A DNA stretch of 64,000 bases from a plasmid: the sequence record NZ_CP029448.1. The stretch is one strand, 5' to 3'. Positions 19,269 to 32,252 of this stretch are shown here, piece after piece. The stretch's first letter is position 1; every line of letters starts with the position of its first letter. The position numbers and the translations under genes were made by a program. The notes under the pieces are model-generated. The model searched no databases. It was not told where the DNA came from and worked only from the letters and a program-made list of their open reading frames with translations.

Positions 19269-22235
19269 ATGCCACGTCGTTCAATCCTGTCCGCCGCCGA
19301 GCGCGAAAGCCTGCTGGCGTTGCCGGACACCAAGGATGAGTTGATCCGTCACTACACGTTCAGCGAAACCGACCTCTCCATCATCCGGCAGCGGCGCGGC
19401 CCGGCCAACCGGCTGGGCTTCGCCGTGCAGCTCTGTTACCTGCGCTTTCCTGGTGTCATCCTGGGCGTCGATGAGCCGCCGTTTCCGCCCTTGTTGAAAC
19501 TGGTCGCCGACCAGCTCAAGGTCAGCGTCGAAAGCTGGGACGAATACGGGCAGCGGGAGCAGACCCGGCGCGAGCACCTGGTCGAACTGCAAACGGTGTT
19601 CGGCTTCCAGCCCTTTACCATGGGCCACTACCGGCAGGCCGTCCAGTTGCTGACCGAGATGGCCTTGCAGACCGACAAGGGCATCGTGCTGGCCAGCACC
19701 TTGATCGAGCACCTGCGGCAGCAGTCGGTCATTCTGCCTGCCCTCAACGCCGTCGAGCGGGCGAGCGCCGAAGCAATCACCCGCGCCAACCGGCGCATCT
19801 ACGATGCCTTGGCCGAACCGCTGTCGGACGCGCATCGCCGCCGCCTCGACGATCTGCTCAAGCGTCGGGACAACGGCAAAACGACCTGGCTGGCCTGGCT
19901 GCGCCAATCGCCCGTCAAACCGAATTCGCGGCACATGCTGGAACACATCGAACGCCTCAAAGCGTGGCAGGCGCTCGACCTGCCTTCTGGCATCGAGCGG
20001 TCGGTGCACCAGAACCGCCTGCTCAAGATCGCCCGTGAGGGTGGCCAGATGACGCCCGCCGACCTGGCCAAGTTCGAGGCGCAGCGACGCTATGCCACCC
20101 TGGTGGCGCTTGCCATCGAGGGCATGGCCACCGTCACCGACGAAATCATCGACCTGCACGACCGCCTCCTGGGCAAGCTGTTCAACGCCGCCAAGAACAA
20201 GCATCAGCAGCAATTCCAGGCGTCCGGCAAGGCGATCAACGCCAAGGTGCGGCTGTTCGGCCGCATCGGCCAGGCGCTGATCGAGGCCAAGCAGGCGGGC
20301 CGCGATCCGTTCGCCGCCATCGAGGCCGTCATGTCCTGGGATGCCTTCGCCGAGAGCGTCACCGAAGCGCAGAAGCTTGCGCAGCCCGAGGACTTCGATT
20401 TCCTGCACCGCATCGGCGAAAGCTACGCCACGCTGCGCCGCTACGCGCCGGAATTCCTTGCCGTGCTCAAGCTGCGGGCCGCTCCCGCCGCGAAGGACGT
20501 GCTCGACGCCATCGAGGTGCTGCGCGGCATGAACAGCGACAACGCCCGCAAGGTGCCCGCCGACGCGCCGACCGAGTTCATCAAGCCGCGCTGGCAGAAG
20601 CTGGTCATGACCGACACCGGCATCGACCGGCGCTACTACGAACTGTGCGCGCTGTCGGAGATGAAGAACGCGTTGCGTTCCGGCGACATCTGGGTGCAGG
20701 GGTCGCGCCAGTTCAAGGACTTCGAGGACTACCTGGTGCCGCCCGCGAAATTCGCCAGCCTCAAGCAGGCCAGCGAATTGCCGCTGGCCGTGGCCACCGA
20801 CTGCAACCGGTACCTGAACGACCGGCTGACGCTGCTGGAAACACAGCTTGCCACCGTCAACCGTATGGCGACGGCCAACGAGCTGCCGGACGCCATCATC
20901 ACCGAGTCAGGCTTGAAGATCACGCCGCTCGACGCGGCGGTACCCGACACCGCCCAAGCGCTGATCGACCAGACGGCAATGATCCTGCCGCACGTCAAGA
21001 TCACCGAACTGCTGCTGGAGGTGGACGAATGGACGGGCTTCACTCGGCATTTCGCGCATCTGAAATCGGGCGACCCGGCCAAAGACAAGAACCTGTTGCT
21101 GACCACGATCCTCGCCGACGCGATCAACCTGGGCCTGACCAAGATGGCGGAGTCTTGCCCCGGCACGACCTACGCCAAGCTGGCTTGGCTGCAAGCCTGG
21201 CACATCCGCGACGAAACCTACGGGGCGGCGCTGGCCGATCTGGTCAACGCACAGTTCCGCCATCCCTTCGCCGAGCACTGGGGCGACGGCACCACCTCAT
21301 CGTCGGACGGCCAGAACTTCCGCACCGGCAGCAAGGCCGAGAGCACCGGCCACATCAACCCGAAATACGGGAGCAGCCCAGGGCGGACGTTCTACACCCA
21401 CATTTCTGACCAGTACGCGCCATTTCACACCAAGGTCGTGAACGTCGGCGTGCGCGATTCGACCTACGTGCTCGACGGCCTGCTGTACCACGAGTCCGAC
21501 TTGCGGATCGAGGAGCATTACACCGACACGGCGGGCTTCACCGATCACGTCTTCGCCCTGATGCACCTCCTGGGCTTCCGCTTCGCGCCGCGCATCCGCG
21601 ACCTGGGCGACACCAAGCTCTACATCCCGAAGGGCGACGCCGCCTATGACGCGCTGAAACCCATGATCGGCGGCACGCTCAACATCAAGCACGTCCGCGC
21701 CCATTGGGACGAAATCCTGCGGCTGGCCACCTCGATCAAGCAGGGCACGGTGACGGCCTCCCTGATGCTCCGAAAGCTCGGCAGCTACCCACGCCAGAAC
21801 GGCCTGGCCGTGGCGCTCCGCGAGCTGGGCCGCATCGAGCGCACGCTGTTCATCCTGGACTGGCTGCAAAGCGTGGAACTGCGCCGCCGCGTGCATGCCG
21901 GCCTGAACAAGGGCGAGGCGCGCAATGCGCTGGCCAGGGCAGTGTTTTTCAACCGCCTGGGTGAAATCCGCGACCGCAGTTTCGAGCAGCAGCGCTACCG
22001 GGCTAGCGGCCTCAATCTGGTAACGGCTGCCGTCGTGTTGTGGAACACGGTCTATCTGGAACGGGCTGCGCACGCGCTGCGTGGCAACGGCCATGCCGTT
22101 GATGACGCGCTGTTGCAGTACCTGTCGCCGCTCGGTTGGGAGCACATCAACCTCACCGGCGATTACCTCTGGCGCAGCAGCGCCAAGATCGGCGCGGGCA
22201 AGTTCAGGCCGCTACGACCGCTGCAACCGGCTTAG
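19269..22235 (+). CDS. tnpA: Transposase TnpA (Tn21/Tn501 type, 988 aa)
   Basis: [62 protein letters not shown]...; stop TAG lies within IRtnp (CTTAGC). Confidence 0.9.
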   Translation: MPRRSILSAAERESLLALPDTKDELIRHYTFSETDLSIIRQRRGPANRLGFAVQLCYLRFPGVILGVDEPPFPPLLKLVADQLKVSVESWDEYGQREQTRREHLVELQTVFGFQPFTMGHYRQAVQLLTEMALQTDKGIVLASTLIEHLRQQSVILPALNAVERASAEAITRANRRIYDALAEPLSDAHRRRLDDLLKRRDNGKTTWLAWLRQSPVKPNSRHMLEHIERLKAWQALDLPSGIERSVHQNRLLKIAREGGQMTPADLAKFEAQRRYATLVALAIEGMATVTDEIIDLHDRLLGKLFNAAKNKHQQQFQASGKAINAKVRLFGRIGQALIEAKQAGRDPFAAIEAVMSWDAFAESVTEAQKLAQPEDFDFLHRIGESYATLRRYAPEFLAVLKLRAAPAAKDVLDAIEVLRGMNSDNARKVPADAPTEFIKPRWQKLVMTDTGIDRRYYELCALSEMKNALRSGDIWVQGSRQFKDFEDYLVPPAKFASLKQASELPLAVATDCNRYLNDRLTLLETQLATVNRMATANELPDAIITESGLKITPLDAAVPDTAQALIDQTAMILPHVKITELLLEVDEWTGFTRHFAHLKSGDPAKDKNLLLTTILADAINLGLTKMAESCPGTTYAKLAWLQAWHIRDETYGAALADLVNAQFRHPFAEHWGDGTTSSSDGQNFRTGSKAESTGHINPKYGSSPGRTFYTHISDQYAPFHTKVVNVGVRDSTYVLDGLLYHESDLRIEEHYTDTAGFTDHVFALMHLLGFRFAPRIRDLGDTKLYIPKGDAAYDALKPMIGGTLNIKHVRAHWDEILRLATSIKQGTVTASLMLRKLGSYPRQNGLAVALRELGRIERTLFILDWLQSVELRRRVHAGLNKGEARNALARAVFFNRLGEIRDRSFEQQRYRASGLNLVTAAVVLWNTVYLERAAHALRGNGHAVDDALLQYLSPLGWEHINLTGDYLWRSSAKIGAGKFRPLRPLQPA

Positions 22236-22246
22236 CGTGCTTTATT

Positions 22247-23573
22247 TAATGAGATGGTCACTCCCTCCTTCCCGGTACTATGCTGAGGACAGGCTTTCAT
22301 TCGGAGAACTATCATGGAAAACATTGCGCTCATTGGTATCGATCTGGGTAAAAACTCTTTCCATATTCATTGCCAGGATCGTCGCGGGAAGGCTGTTTAC
22401 CGTAAAAAATTTACCCGGCCAAAGTTGATCGAATTTTTGGCGACATGCCCCGCTACAACCATCGCAATGGAAGCCTGTGGCGGTTCTCACTTTATGGCAC
22501 GCAAGTTGGAAGAGTTGGGGCATTCCCCAAAGCTGATATCACCACAATTTGTCCGCCCGTTCGTTAAAAGCAATAAAAACGACTTTGTCGACGCCGAAGC
22601 TATTTGTGAAGCTGCATCGCGTCCGTCTATGCGTTTTGTGCAGCCCAGAACGGAATCTCAGCAGGCAATGCGGGCTCTGCATCGTGTCCGTGAATCCCTG
22701 GTTCAGGATAAGGTAAAAACAACCAATCAAATGCATGCTTTTCTGCTGGAATTTGGCATTAGCGTTCCCCGAGGAGCTGCCGTTATTAGCCGACTGAGTA
22801 CCATTCTTGAGGATAATAGTTTGCCTCTTTACCTCAGCCAGTTATTGCTGAAATTACAACAGCATTATCACTATCTTGTTGAGCAGATTAAAGATTTGGA
22901 ATCCCAGTTGAAACGAAAGTTGGACGAAGATGAGGTTGGACAGCGCTTGCTGAGCATTCCCTGCGTCGGAACACTGACAGCGAGTACTATTTCAACTGAG
23001 ATTGGCGACGGGAAGCAGTACGCCAGCAGCCGTGACTTTGCGGCGGCAACAGGGCTTGTACCTCGGCAGTACAGCACGGGAGGTAGGACGACATTGCTGG
23101 GAATTAGTAAGCGAGGTAATAAAAAGATCCGAACTTTGTTGGTTCAATGTGCCAGGGTATTCATACAAAAACTGGAACACCAGTCTGGCAAATTGGCCGA
23201 TTGGGTCAGGGATTTACTGTGCCGGAAAAGCAACTTTGTCGTCACTTGTGCTCTGGCAAACAAGCTGGCCAGAATAGCCTGGGCCCTAACGGCACGACAG
23301 CAAACTTATGTAGCATAACGGCAGAAATACACCGGTTTAAAGAATTACTGATCTGGTTTTGCGAATACTGATATTGATGATACTAACGGCCCACCGGCCT
23401 GTTGAGGAACCTGTAAAACGGAAAGGCTCATTGAAGCCGTATATTTTCTGGAGGTTCATCAGGCGCGGAACTCATCAAGGCGCGGGAATAAAATCCCATT
23501 CAGACGCCGGATAGATTCAAGCAAGCCAACTTGTCGTCAAAATCGGTGTTGCAAAAACGGGAGTGACCATAGA
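22247..23573 (+). mobile_element. IS4321/IS5075-type IS110-family element (1327 bp) inserted at the characteristic position inside the 38-bp IR of the mercury transposon
   Basis: Length is exactly 1327 bp between IR halves of 17 and 21 bp, with no target duplication. Confidence 0.8.
22314..23318 (+). CDS. tnp: IS110-family transposase (334 aa)
   Basis: MENIALIGIDLGKNSFHIHCQDRRGKAVYRKKFTRPKLIEFLATCPATTIAMEACGGSHFMARKL... Confidence 0.85.
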   Translation: MENIALIGIDLGKNSFHIHCQDRRGKAVYRKKFTRPKLIEFLATCPATTIAMEACGGSHFMARKLEELGHSPKLISPQFVRPFVKSNKNDFVDAEAICEAASRPSMRFVQPRTESQQAMRALHRVRESLVQDKVKTTNQMHAFLLEFGISVPRGAAVISRLSTILEDNSLPLYLSQLLLKLQQHYHYLVEQIKDLESQLKRKLDEDEVGQRLLSIPCVGTLTASTISTEIGDGKQYASSRDFAAATGLVPRQYSTGGRTTLLGISKRGNKKIRTLLVQCARVFIQKLEHQSGKLADWVRDLLCRKSNFVVTCALANKLARIAWALTARQQTYVA

Positions 23574-23978
23574 TTCCGTTTTCTGAGACGACCCCTTAAT
23601 GTCTGCTTTGTGCCATGAGCGGACGTTGCTAAACGTAGTTGGGTAATCGAGTCTCTTCCCGGCACGCATTCTTTATCAGGGCAAGCTTGCTCCCTTTAAG
23701 TATCTGCGCGTGCAGCTCCCGCTCCCAGAAACTGGCATCAACGGTGATGTTAAAATTAGGGCTGTATATTGCTTTTTCCGCCCCTGTCAGGCTCTGACTA
23801 TAGCTGGACCAATTGAACCGGTTTCTTTATTATCTACTCAAACATGAATGCAGTTGAAACATTCGGGTAAGCTTTATCAGGTATGATTTACATGGATAAA
23901 TTTGTCGCATATTTCTCCTTAAAGATGAGACAAATATGTAAGTTCGATAAAAAAGTACTATCTATATAACAGGATTTA

Positions 23979-24561
23979 ATGATGTCAATTGCTACCATCG
24001 GGCCTGCAAAATACGATTTTCAGGATTTTGTTTGTATAAAGTTTGCGCTGGATTTTTATAAATTTGAGAATGCAACTCTCATTGTTGAAGGCGAAGGGGG
24101 TGAGGATGCGGAAATTTCTGCAGACATTGACGGCACGAAGATTGTGTATGAGATTCAGGTGAAAGGTTCTGAAGAGCATTTCGGCCTCCCTCTTTTGGCA
24201 GAATGCCTCAGCCATTTTCCAGCACATGAGCCCACTCACTTTTTCCTAGAACGCCTAGTTAACGATCCAAATCGTTTTGCCGTCATGGTGATGTCGGGGC
24301 GCGCGAATGATTCTCTTCAGAAGTTTATACCAAGAGGGAACTGGCGTGGCAAAGAACATAGCACCATTTATTTCACACTTCAGGAAGCCGAACTGCTGAT
24401 TGATGCAATGCGGAGTCATGCTGAATCGTTGAAAGGATCTGATCTTAAGGCTGAAAGAAAAAAATATCTGAATGACTACTTAACGGGTATTGACAGAAAA
24501 TCCCTCACCGCAGCATTTAAACGACTCATTATCATTGATGGCATCAAAGATACAGACCTAA
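23979..24561 (+). pseudogene. N-terminal part (aa 1-194) of an unknown ~404-aa protein encoded in AT-rich DNA, interrupted by IS5
   Basis: MMSIATIGPAKYDFQDFVCIKFALDFYKFENATLIVEGEGGEDAEISADIDGTKIVYEIQVKG...; the frame continues across IS5 in-frame once a 4-bp duplication is removed. Confidence 0.55.
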
Positions 24562-25757
<1,196 letters not shown>

Positions 25758-26393
25758 TTAAGTCCTTATGCACCTATGGCGTTTGATTATGTTCTGAGGT
25801 TTTTTGAGGATAAGGAGGAATTGCTTTGTGAGGTTATCAACGTATCGGATGAATCGCGATTGCAGAAAATTTTTGACTACCTATTTTACTTTTATCAGGA
25901 TTCCAATCCCGAAAATCTTCCTCTCGTATGGGAAACGTTGTTCAGTCGAGCTACTGAAGATGTAATCTGCGATAACTGGCTGCCGTTGTTCGGTAGATAT
26001 GCCAATCGTATCTTTAAAGATTTTCTCGTTGAAGAAATGGAAAAATTCATCCCGCAACGCTATATTCATATATTTTTAAAGAAAATTCCCGATACGTTTT
26101 ATTACATGTACTCCCATAATTTTCTGAAAAGTGAATTTTGTGAACATAAAGGTAATGAAATTATAGTAAGTGAAGAGATGATGTCTGTGTTTTATAAAAA
26201 CATCAATGACCGAATGGTCAAATCACCTCCAGTACACCATAACACCTATGATCACATTATAAACACATTAAGGAAGATGCATGGTTCGGAGGAAATCATT
26301 CAGGCTTGGAATGATGCAAGGAGCAGCTTGTTTGAGTATACATCCCATGAGTCTCCTTTCCTCCCTCCTGCTTTAAATGACTGGCAGAACTAG
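25758..26393 (+). pseudogene. C-terminal part (~aa 195-404) of the IS5-interrupted unknown protein
   Basis: ...SPYAPMAFDYVLRFFEDKEELLCEVINVSDESRLQKIFDYLFYFYQDSNPENLPLVWETLF...; AT-rich, same frame as 23979..24561 after removal of the 4-bp TSD. Confidence 0.55.
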
Positions 26394-26571
26394 CAGCCTC
26401 ATAATGTCGCAGTACTCACTGCGGCATTATTCATCGAATCCGTTTCTGCTAAAATCTATCGTACTTGAAGAGGATCGGAAATAATTCACGGTCAAGCAGC
26501 TGACCTGCTCCCCGTTGATTAATACACCACGATGTTAGTAATGTCTTCATAAGCCACATGAGGACATCCCC

Positions 26572-26835
26572 ATGAAGAAGCGTTTTTCCGACGAACAGAT
26601 CATCAGTATCCTCCGCGAGGCTGAAGCCGGGGTTTCTGCCCGTGAGCTCTGCCGTAAGCACGCCATTTCCGACGCCACCTTTTACACCTGGCGTAAGAAG
26701 TATGGCGGTATGGAGGTGCCCGAGGTTAAGCGCCTGAAGTCGCTTGAGGAAGAGAACGCCAGGCTCAAGAAGCTGCTTGCCGAAGCCATGCTGGATAAGG
26801 AGGCGCTTCAGGTGGCTCTGGGGCGAAAGTACTGA
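26572..26835 (+). CDS. IS3-family OrfA (HTH)
   Basis: 87 aa, [44 protein letters not shown]... Confidence 0.8.
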   Translation: MKKRFSDEQIISILREAEAGVSARELCRKHAISDATFYTWRKKYGGMEVPEVKRLKSLEEENARLKKLLAEAMLDKEALQVALGRKY

Positions 26836-26858
26836 CGACAGACCAGAAGCGGGAAGCC

Positions 26859-27692
26859 GTGATGTTGATGTGTGATGCGACCGGTCTGTCGCAACGTCGT
26901 GCCTGCAGGCTTACAGGTTTGTCCCTGTCGACCTGCCGTTATGATGCTCAGCGTCCGGCTGCTGATGCACATTTATCAGGGCGTATTACTGAGCTGGCGC
27001 TTGAACGCAGACGTTTTGGTTATCGGCGTATCTGGCAGTTGCTGCGTAGGGAGGGCCTTCACGTCAATCACAAGCGGGTATACCGTATTTACCACCTTAA
27101 TGGACTGAGCGTAAAACGCAGACGACGCCGTAAAGGGCTGGCGACCGAACGGTTTCCGCTTCTTCGCCCGGATGCGCCGAACCTTACATGGTCGATGGAT
27201 TTCGTTATGGACGCACTGGCCAACGGTCGCAGGATCAAGTGCCTGACCTGTGTGGATGATTTCACGAAGGAGTGTCTGACGATCACCGCTGCTTTCGGTA
27301 TTTCAGGCGTTCAGGTCACGCGTATTCTGGACAGCATCGCGTTGTTTCGGGGCTATCCGGCGACAATAAGAACCGATCAGGGCCCGGAATTTACCTGCCG
27401 CGCGCTCGATCAATGGGCCTTTGAGCATGGTGTGGAACTACGGCTTATCCAGCCAGGTAAGCCAACGCAGAACGGATTTATTGAGAGTTTTAACGGACGC
27501 TTTCGCGATGAGTGTCTGAACGAACACTGGTTCAGCGATATCGTTCACGCCAGGAAAACCATTAACGACTGGAGGCAGGATTATAACGAGTGTCGTCCAC
27601 ATTCGGCACTGAATTATCTGACGCCATCAGAGTTTGCAGCACGGTGGCGAAATGGAAAATGTGAAGGTAAACAAACCGACATTACTAACTGA
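26859..27692 (+). CDS. IS3-family OrfB (DDE integrase core)
   Basis: 277 aa, ...[28 protein letters not shown]...TDQGPEF...[17 protein letters not shown]... Confidence 0.8.
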   Translation: MMLMCDATGLSQRRACRLTGLSLSTCRYDAQRPAADAHLSGRITELALERRRFGYRRIWQLLRREGLHVNHKRVYRIYHLNGLSVKRRRRRKGLATERFPLLRPDAPNLTWSMDFVMDALANGRRIKCLTCVDDFTKECLTITAAFGISGVQVTRILDSIALFRGYPATIRTDQGPEFTCRALDQWAFEHGVELRLIQPGKPTQNGFIESFNGRFRDECLNEHWFSDIVHARKTINDWRQDYNECRPHSALNYLTPSEFAARWRNGKCEGKQTDITN

Positions 27693-28653
27693 CGGTTGTA
27701 TCTAATCCTGGGGGCAGGTCAAAAGTGATCTGGCAGTATCACCGAACAGAGGCTGGATGACACATAATAGAATTATGTATGTCTTTGTTTCCAAGATGCA
27801 TTCTAATTTGTAAATGTAGTGATTTGCATCAAAGATGTTTTCTTTTTTATTGACCCAGAACAAGGTAAAAAGGTGGGAGCACAGACGGCAGGCCATGGCA
27901 CGAAATGTAAATTTAGCTGTCTGTTTTTTTGTACTCAACCAGCTGGGTATGTAATGAACGCTCACCAGTAGCATGTAGCCAACTTTTTTATATGTGGCGG
28001 GTCTTATTTCGCTGAAAAAGCCGGAAGGGATTACATGGCCTAGTTGGCCTGTTACAGAAATGAACACAGGGTAGTCCCAATGCGCACAGCACGTCTCGCT
28101 GCGGAAAACGTCTGAATTGCTGAGCAGAATTGTTCCCACCATCGCCTAAGATCCTGACCCGGGTTTGACGCTACTAACCGTAAGTTGCTGTGCAATGTGT
28201 TGTTCGACAGAACAGGCAGTCAGTAGGTGATAGTGGAAGTTTTTGGTGCAAAAGGCGGCAACATCGCAGCACAGACAGCAACCCGGGGCCGTGGAAAATA
28301 ATGCAACCAGATACCGTGATGCCTTGGAGAAACCTCGCCCTTCAGGCCGGGGAGGAAAAGAGGCGGTTTTCCGGCAAACATGGTTTTCCGAGTAGGCTGA
28401 CGTACCAGCACTGATTATGGTTGTGCTAAAGACCTGGAGAACTCTAATCCAAGGCTCTGTCCGGACCGAAATCATCCGGCACGATGCGTGTAAACGATAC
28501 CGCAGAAGTCTACTTTTCAAACGTACATTGTAGTAAGTTGAAAAAGAATATAAAAAAAATAAAAAATAGGATAACATCAGACGTGACATAGCTCAGATAT
28601 CACTCCTTGATACCAGAATTTTTTTCGTTAGAGTTTTCTAGAGGGAATAATTT

Positions 28654-30527
28654 ATGGGTAAAACATCTATTTCGGAAATCTTATCTACTTATCATCATTT
28701 GCAATTAGAAAACGCAAATGAAGCCGCTACAAGACTAAAAGTGATAGATCGGGTCTTAAAGGAAGTCTTGATGTGGACTGATAGTGATATCAAACCAGAA
28801 GAACATGTCACTGAGGATGGTTTGACAACCTATGCTGATTATATACTAAAAACAGCCAATATTGCGCTTGTTGTGGAAGCTAAAAAGGCAGGACCTAGCT
28901 TCACTGTCACGCCAGGAAAAAGGAAGGTAAAGCTTAGTAATAGTTTTTTACAGTGTGATCTTGGTGAAGCAATAATACAAGCCAGAGACTACGCAAGAAA
29001 ATTTGGTATAGATTATGCCGTCGCTACGAATGGAAATGTCTGGGCATGCTTTCCTGCCCAGAGGCATGATAATGTGAAATTTAATGATTCAATAGCGCTT
29101 GTGTTCTGGTCACTTGAAGATTGTCTACATGAGAATTATCAAGAATTCTATGATTTGCTTAGTCGTGAAAATGTTATATCAGGAAGTCTGGAAACAGCTC
29201 TCTTGGGTCGCGTCGAAAATCAAATCGAGTTTAGAAAGTTAAAGAATTTTTATTCTCAGCAAAATAGAACTCAGACTAATAACCCGATATATCATTTAAT
29301 TGCAGATGAGTTAAGATTGGCATTTTCTGATTCCATACTTTATTTAGATGAAGATTCCTTTGAAAAATGTTATGTTTCAACGCCAGAAACTATGCGATTC
29401 GACAGTAAAATTAGGATGAATATTGGTAGGCGTTCAAATGTTCTGAATGGTGAGGTATTAAAAGGGTTAAATGATAAAGATACACAAAGAATAATCGATA
29501 AGTTCCAAGTGAAAGGAAAGAAAAAGATACACATCAAGGACAGCAAACCTCTAGCAATCTTGCTACTCGGGACTGTGGGGGCAGGTAAAACAACCTTTCT
29601 TCATTACATGAGAAAGGTTAGAATAAAAGAGATTTTTTCAAATAAAGAAGATAAATTGACGCCACATTGGCTTCATATAGATTTCCTTGATAATCCATCA
29701 GAAAGCTCAATAGTAGATTTTATCTACAAATCAATCCTCGAATACATCAATAGGCATCCAATCTTAAGTAATCAGACGTTTGTATTTGATGCATTTAGAG
29801 AAGATATTGAAGCAATTAAGTCGGGGCCTCTTTTTCTATTGAGCGAGGAGCAAAAAAACTCTCGCATCTCCGATTTTTTATATGAGCAATATAAAAACAT
29901 CAGACCTTATGTTGATAAAATAATCAGTCACATTACAAAAACAACATCTTTTTTCCTTGTTATAGATAACGTTGATCAAATTGAGCTTGATGATATTCAG
30001 TCCCGGATATTTACAGAATCATTTTCAATATCGCGGGCACTTTCATTAAACCTTGTGCTCTCATTGAGGCAGTCTACTTTTATCAAACATAAAAATTCTC
30101 CGGCTATAGATGCTTTTGATTTTGAAATTATACAAATAGATCCACCAAGAATTAGCAGTGTAATAGCAAAAAGATTTGCTCTAGTAAAATATATGACCAG
30201 TAATAAAAGTGGTAATTTCATCGCAGAAAATGGTGCTAAAGTTGCCTTAGATGATATATCACAATTAGTCGATATTATCAGTGGGTCTGTACTGGGAAGT
30301 GAGATTGGGACACGTATTGAGGTACTTGCGACGGATGATGTGCGGTTAGCATTACGAATGACTCGTGAGTTCCTAGAAAGGGGTTATACGAGCCCAGGTA
30401 AGGCAGTACAAATCTTTAGAGAACAAGGAAGATATCTTCTTCCCCGACATGAGGCATTCAGAGCCATTTTATTGGGTACTGAATTGACATATAGCGAGTC
30501 AACATCGACTATTGCTAACCCATTTGA
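28654..30527 (+). pseudogene. N-terminal 624 codons of an 834-aa protein: HsdR_N/Mrr-type PD-(D/E)xK nuclease-like domain plus STAND/NB-ARC-like P-loop NTPase; split by IS903
   Basis: NEAATRLKVIDRVLKEVLMW...YADYILKTANIALVVEAKK...DYAVATNGNVWACF matches the HsdR N-terminal/Mrr catalytic-domain signature. Walker A LLLGTVGAGKTTFLHYM and Walker B SFFLVIDNVDQ (hhhhDxVD) match the NB-ARC/NACHT pattern. RBS GGAGGG upstream of the ATG. Confidence 0.6.
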
Positions 30528-31584
30528 GGCTTTGTTGAATAAATCAGATTTCGGGTAAGTCTCCCCCGTAGCGGGTTGTGTTTTCAGGCAATACGCACGC
30601 TTTCAGGCATACCTGCTTTCGTCATTTTGTTCAGCGCTCGTACCAGGGCCATAGCCTCCGCAACCTGACCATCGTAGTCACGCAGCGTCAGTGAACCCCC
30701 GAACAGCTGTTTTACCCGGTACATCGCCGTTTCCGCTATCGAGCGACGGTTGTAATCTGTTGTCCATTTCCACCGCGCATTACTCCCGGTCATTCGCTGA
30801 TTAGCCACTGCACGGTTACGGTCTGCATATTCACCGGGCCAGTAACCCGCACCTTTTCGGGGAGGGATAAGCGCGCTGATTTTCTTACGCCGCAGTTCAT
30901 CGTGACAGAGCCGGGTGTCGTAAGCGCCGTCTGCCGATGCTGCCCTGATTTTTCTGTGAGTCTGCCGGATAAGACCCGGGAAGGCTTCTGAGTCCGTCAC
31001 ATTGTTCAGCGACAGGTCTGCACAGATGATTTCATGTGTGTTGCTGTCAACTGCCAGATGCAGCTTACGCCAGATACGGCGGCGTTCCTGGCCATGCTTT
31101 TTGACTTTCCACTCGCCTTCACCGAAGACCTTCAGCCCGGTGGAATCAATCACCAGATGCGCGATTTCACCCCGGGTGAACGTTTTGAAACTGACATTAA
31201 CCGACTTTGCGCGCTTGCTGACACTGGTGTAATCCGGGCAGCGCAACGGAACATTCATCAGTGTAAAAATGGAATCAATAAAACCCTGTGCAGCCCGCAG
31301 GGTCAGCCTGAATACGCGTTTAATGACCAGCACAGTCGTGATGGCAAGGTCAGAATAGCGCTGAGGTCTGCCTCGTGATGAAGGCGTTGCCGACTCATAC
31401 CAGGCCTGAATAGCTTCATCATCCAGCCAGAAAGTTATGGAGCCACGGTTGATGAGGGCTTTATTGTAGGTGGGCCAGTTGGTGATTTTGAACTTTTGCT
31501 TTGCCACGGAACGGTCTGCGTTGTCGGGAAGATGTGTGATCTGATCCTTCAACTCAGCAAAAGTTCGATTTATTCAACAAAGCC
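30528..31584 (-). mobile_element. IS903-type element, copy 2 (1057 bp) with perfect 9-bp TSD CCCATTTGA
   Basis: IRs GGCTTTGTTGAATAAATC at both ends. The 9-bp duplication sits at 30519-30527 and 31585-31593. Confidence 0.9.
30584..31552 (-). CDS. tnp: IS903 transposase (identical to copy 1)
   Basis: 322 aa, identical to the 11966..12934 product. Confidence 0.9.
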   Translation of the reverse strand: MKDQITHLPDNADRSVAKQKFKITNWPTYNKALINRGSITFWLDDEAIQAWYESATPSSRGRPQRYSDLAITTVLVIKRVFRLTLRAAQGFIDSIFTLMNVPLRCPDYTSVSKRAKSVNVSFKTFTRGEIAHLVIDSTGLKVFGEGEWKVKKHGQERRRIWRKLHLAVDSNTHEIICADLSLNNVTDSEAFPGLIRQTHRKIRAASADGAYDTRLCHDELRRKKISALIPPRKGAGYWPGEYADRNRAVANQRMTGSNARWKWTTDYNRRSIAETAMYRVKQLFGGSLTLRDYDGQVAEAMALVRALNKMTKAGMPESVRIA

Positions 31585-31593
31585 CCCATTTGA

Positions 31594-32224
31594 TTCGAAT
31601 TTAGCAGTGACTCAAATGCAATTATTAAGACTGTACGTTCTTAATGTTATAGTTTCGTACGCTAGCGATCCTGCATTCCGACAAATTGATGGTTCGGTAA
31701 TAACTGAAAAATTAAGAACGATTGGTGTAGGCGACTCTTTTACACATCGCGTACTTGTTGATTTATGCAATAAAAGATTTTTATTTACTGTAAATCACGG
31801 TGAGCCTACAGCTTCATCAAGTTTCATACCATCTCGGTTGGGTGGTTATATTGCAAAAGAACTTATTAGTAATTTCACATTCATAGAATGTATGCTTTAT
31901 GATACATATATAGCTGATGCTAAGACATGGGGGAAATTGAGAGATCTGAGCGGGAAAATTGAGTCTGAAAGAGATGTAATAAAAAGGATCACGATGCGTG
32001 TAAGCCGAGCGAAAAGTTTTTATTATCAAATGGAAAAGCTTATTTCTCCGCTTTGTTCTGAGGCTATTATTAGAGGATTGCCTTCACAATGGTGTTCTAA
32101 TCCTCTTCGGGAGCGTTTACCCGAGTTAAGAAAAGAGTTAGGAAGGGTCCTTCATTCTGCGAAAAAGACATATCAACCAAAACAGGATGATACGTCTAAG
32201 TATTTCCTTGATGAATCGGTATAA
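31594..32224 (+). pseudogene. C-terminal 209 codons of the IS903-split nuclease-NTPase protein (helical sensor-like region)
   Basis: ...PFDSNLAVTQMQLLRLYVLNVIVSYASDPAFRQ...; in-frame with 28654..30527 once the IS and one TSD copy are removed. Confidence 0.6.
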
Positions 32225-32226
32225 AA

Positions 32227-32252
32227 AATGGGGCTGCCATGCCCCATTTATA
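32227..32252 (+). terminator. Rho-independent terminator
   Basis: AAAAAATGGGGCTGCCATGCCCCATTTAT hairpin (GGGGC/GCCCC) in AT-rich context, directly after the stop codon. Confidence 0.6.

Larger units (their letters stand above)
26501..27721 (+). mobile_element. IS3-family element, IS407 group (about 1221 bp)
   Basis: Ends TGACCTGCTCCCC... and ...GGGGGCAGGTCA. orfA/orfB are arranged for a programmed frameshift. Flanks CAGC / AAAG do not match. Confidence 0.75.

Noticed and set aside
19281-20408. 375-aa ORF antisense inside the Tn21-type tnpA (and similar long antisense ORFs at 20645-21409, 21297-22145)
   Set aside because: Typical high-GC antisense artefacts inside a well-supported 988-aa transposase gene. 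No RBS, and amino-acid composition is biased (Ala/Arg/Gly/Leu).
28146-28589. 147-aa minus-strand ORF upstream of the nuclease-STAND gene
   Set aside because: No RBS. The sequence (Ser/Cys/Leu-rich, internally compositionally inconsistent) does not look like a real protein. The region is kept only as an unexplained non-coding segment.
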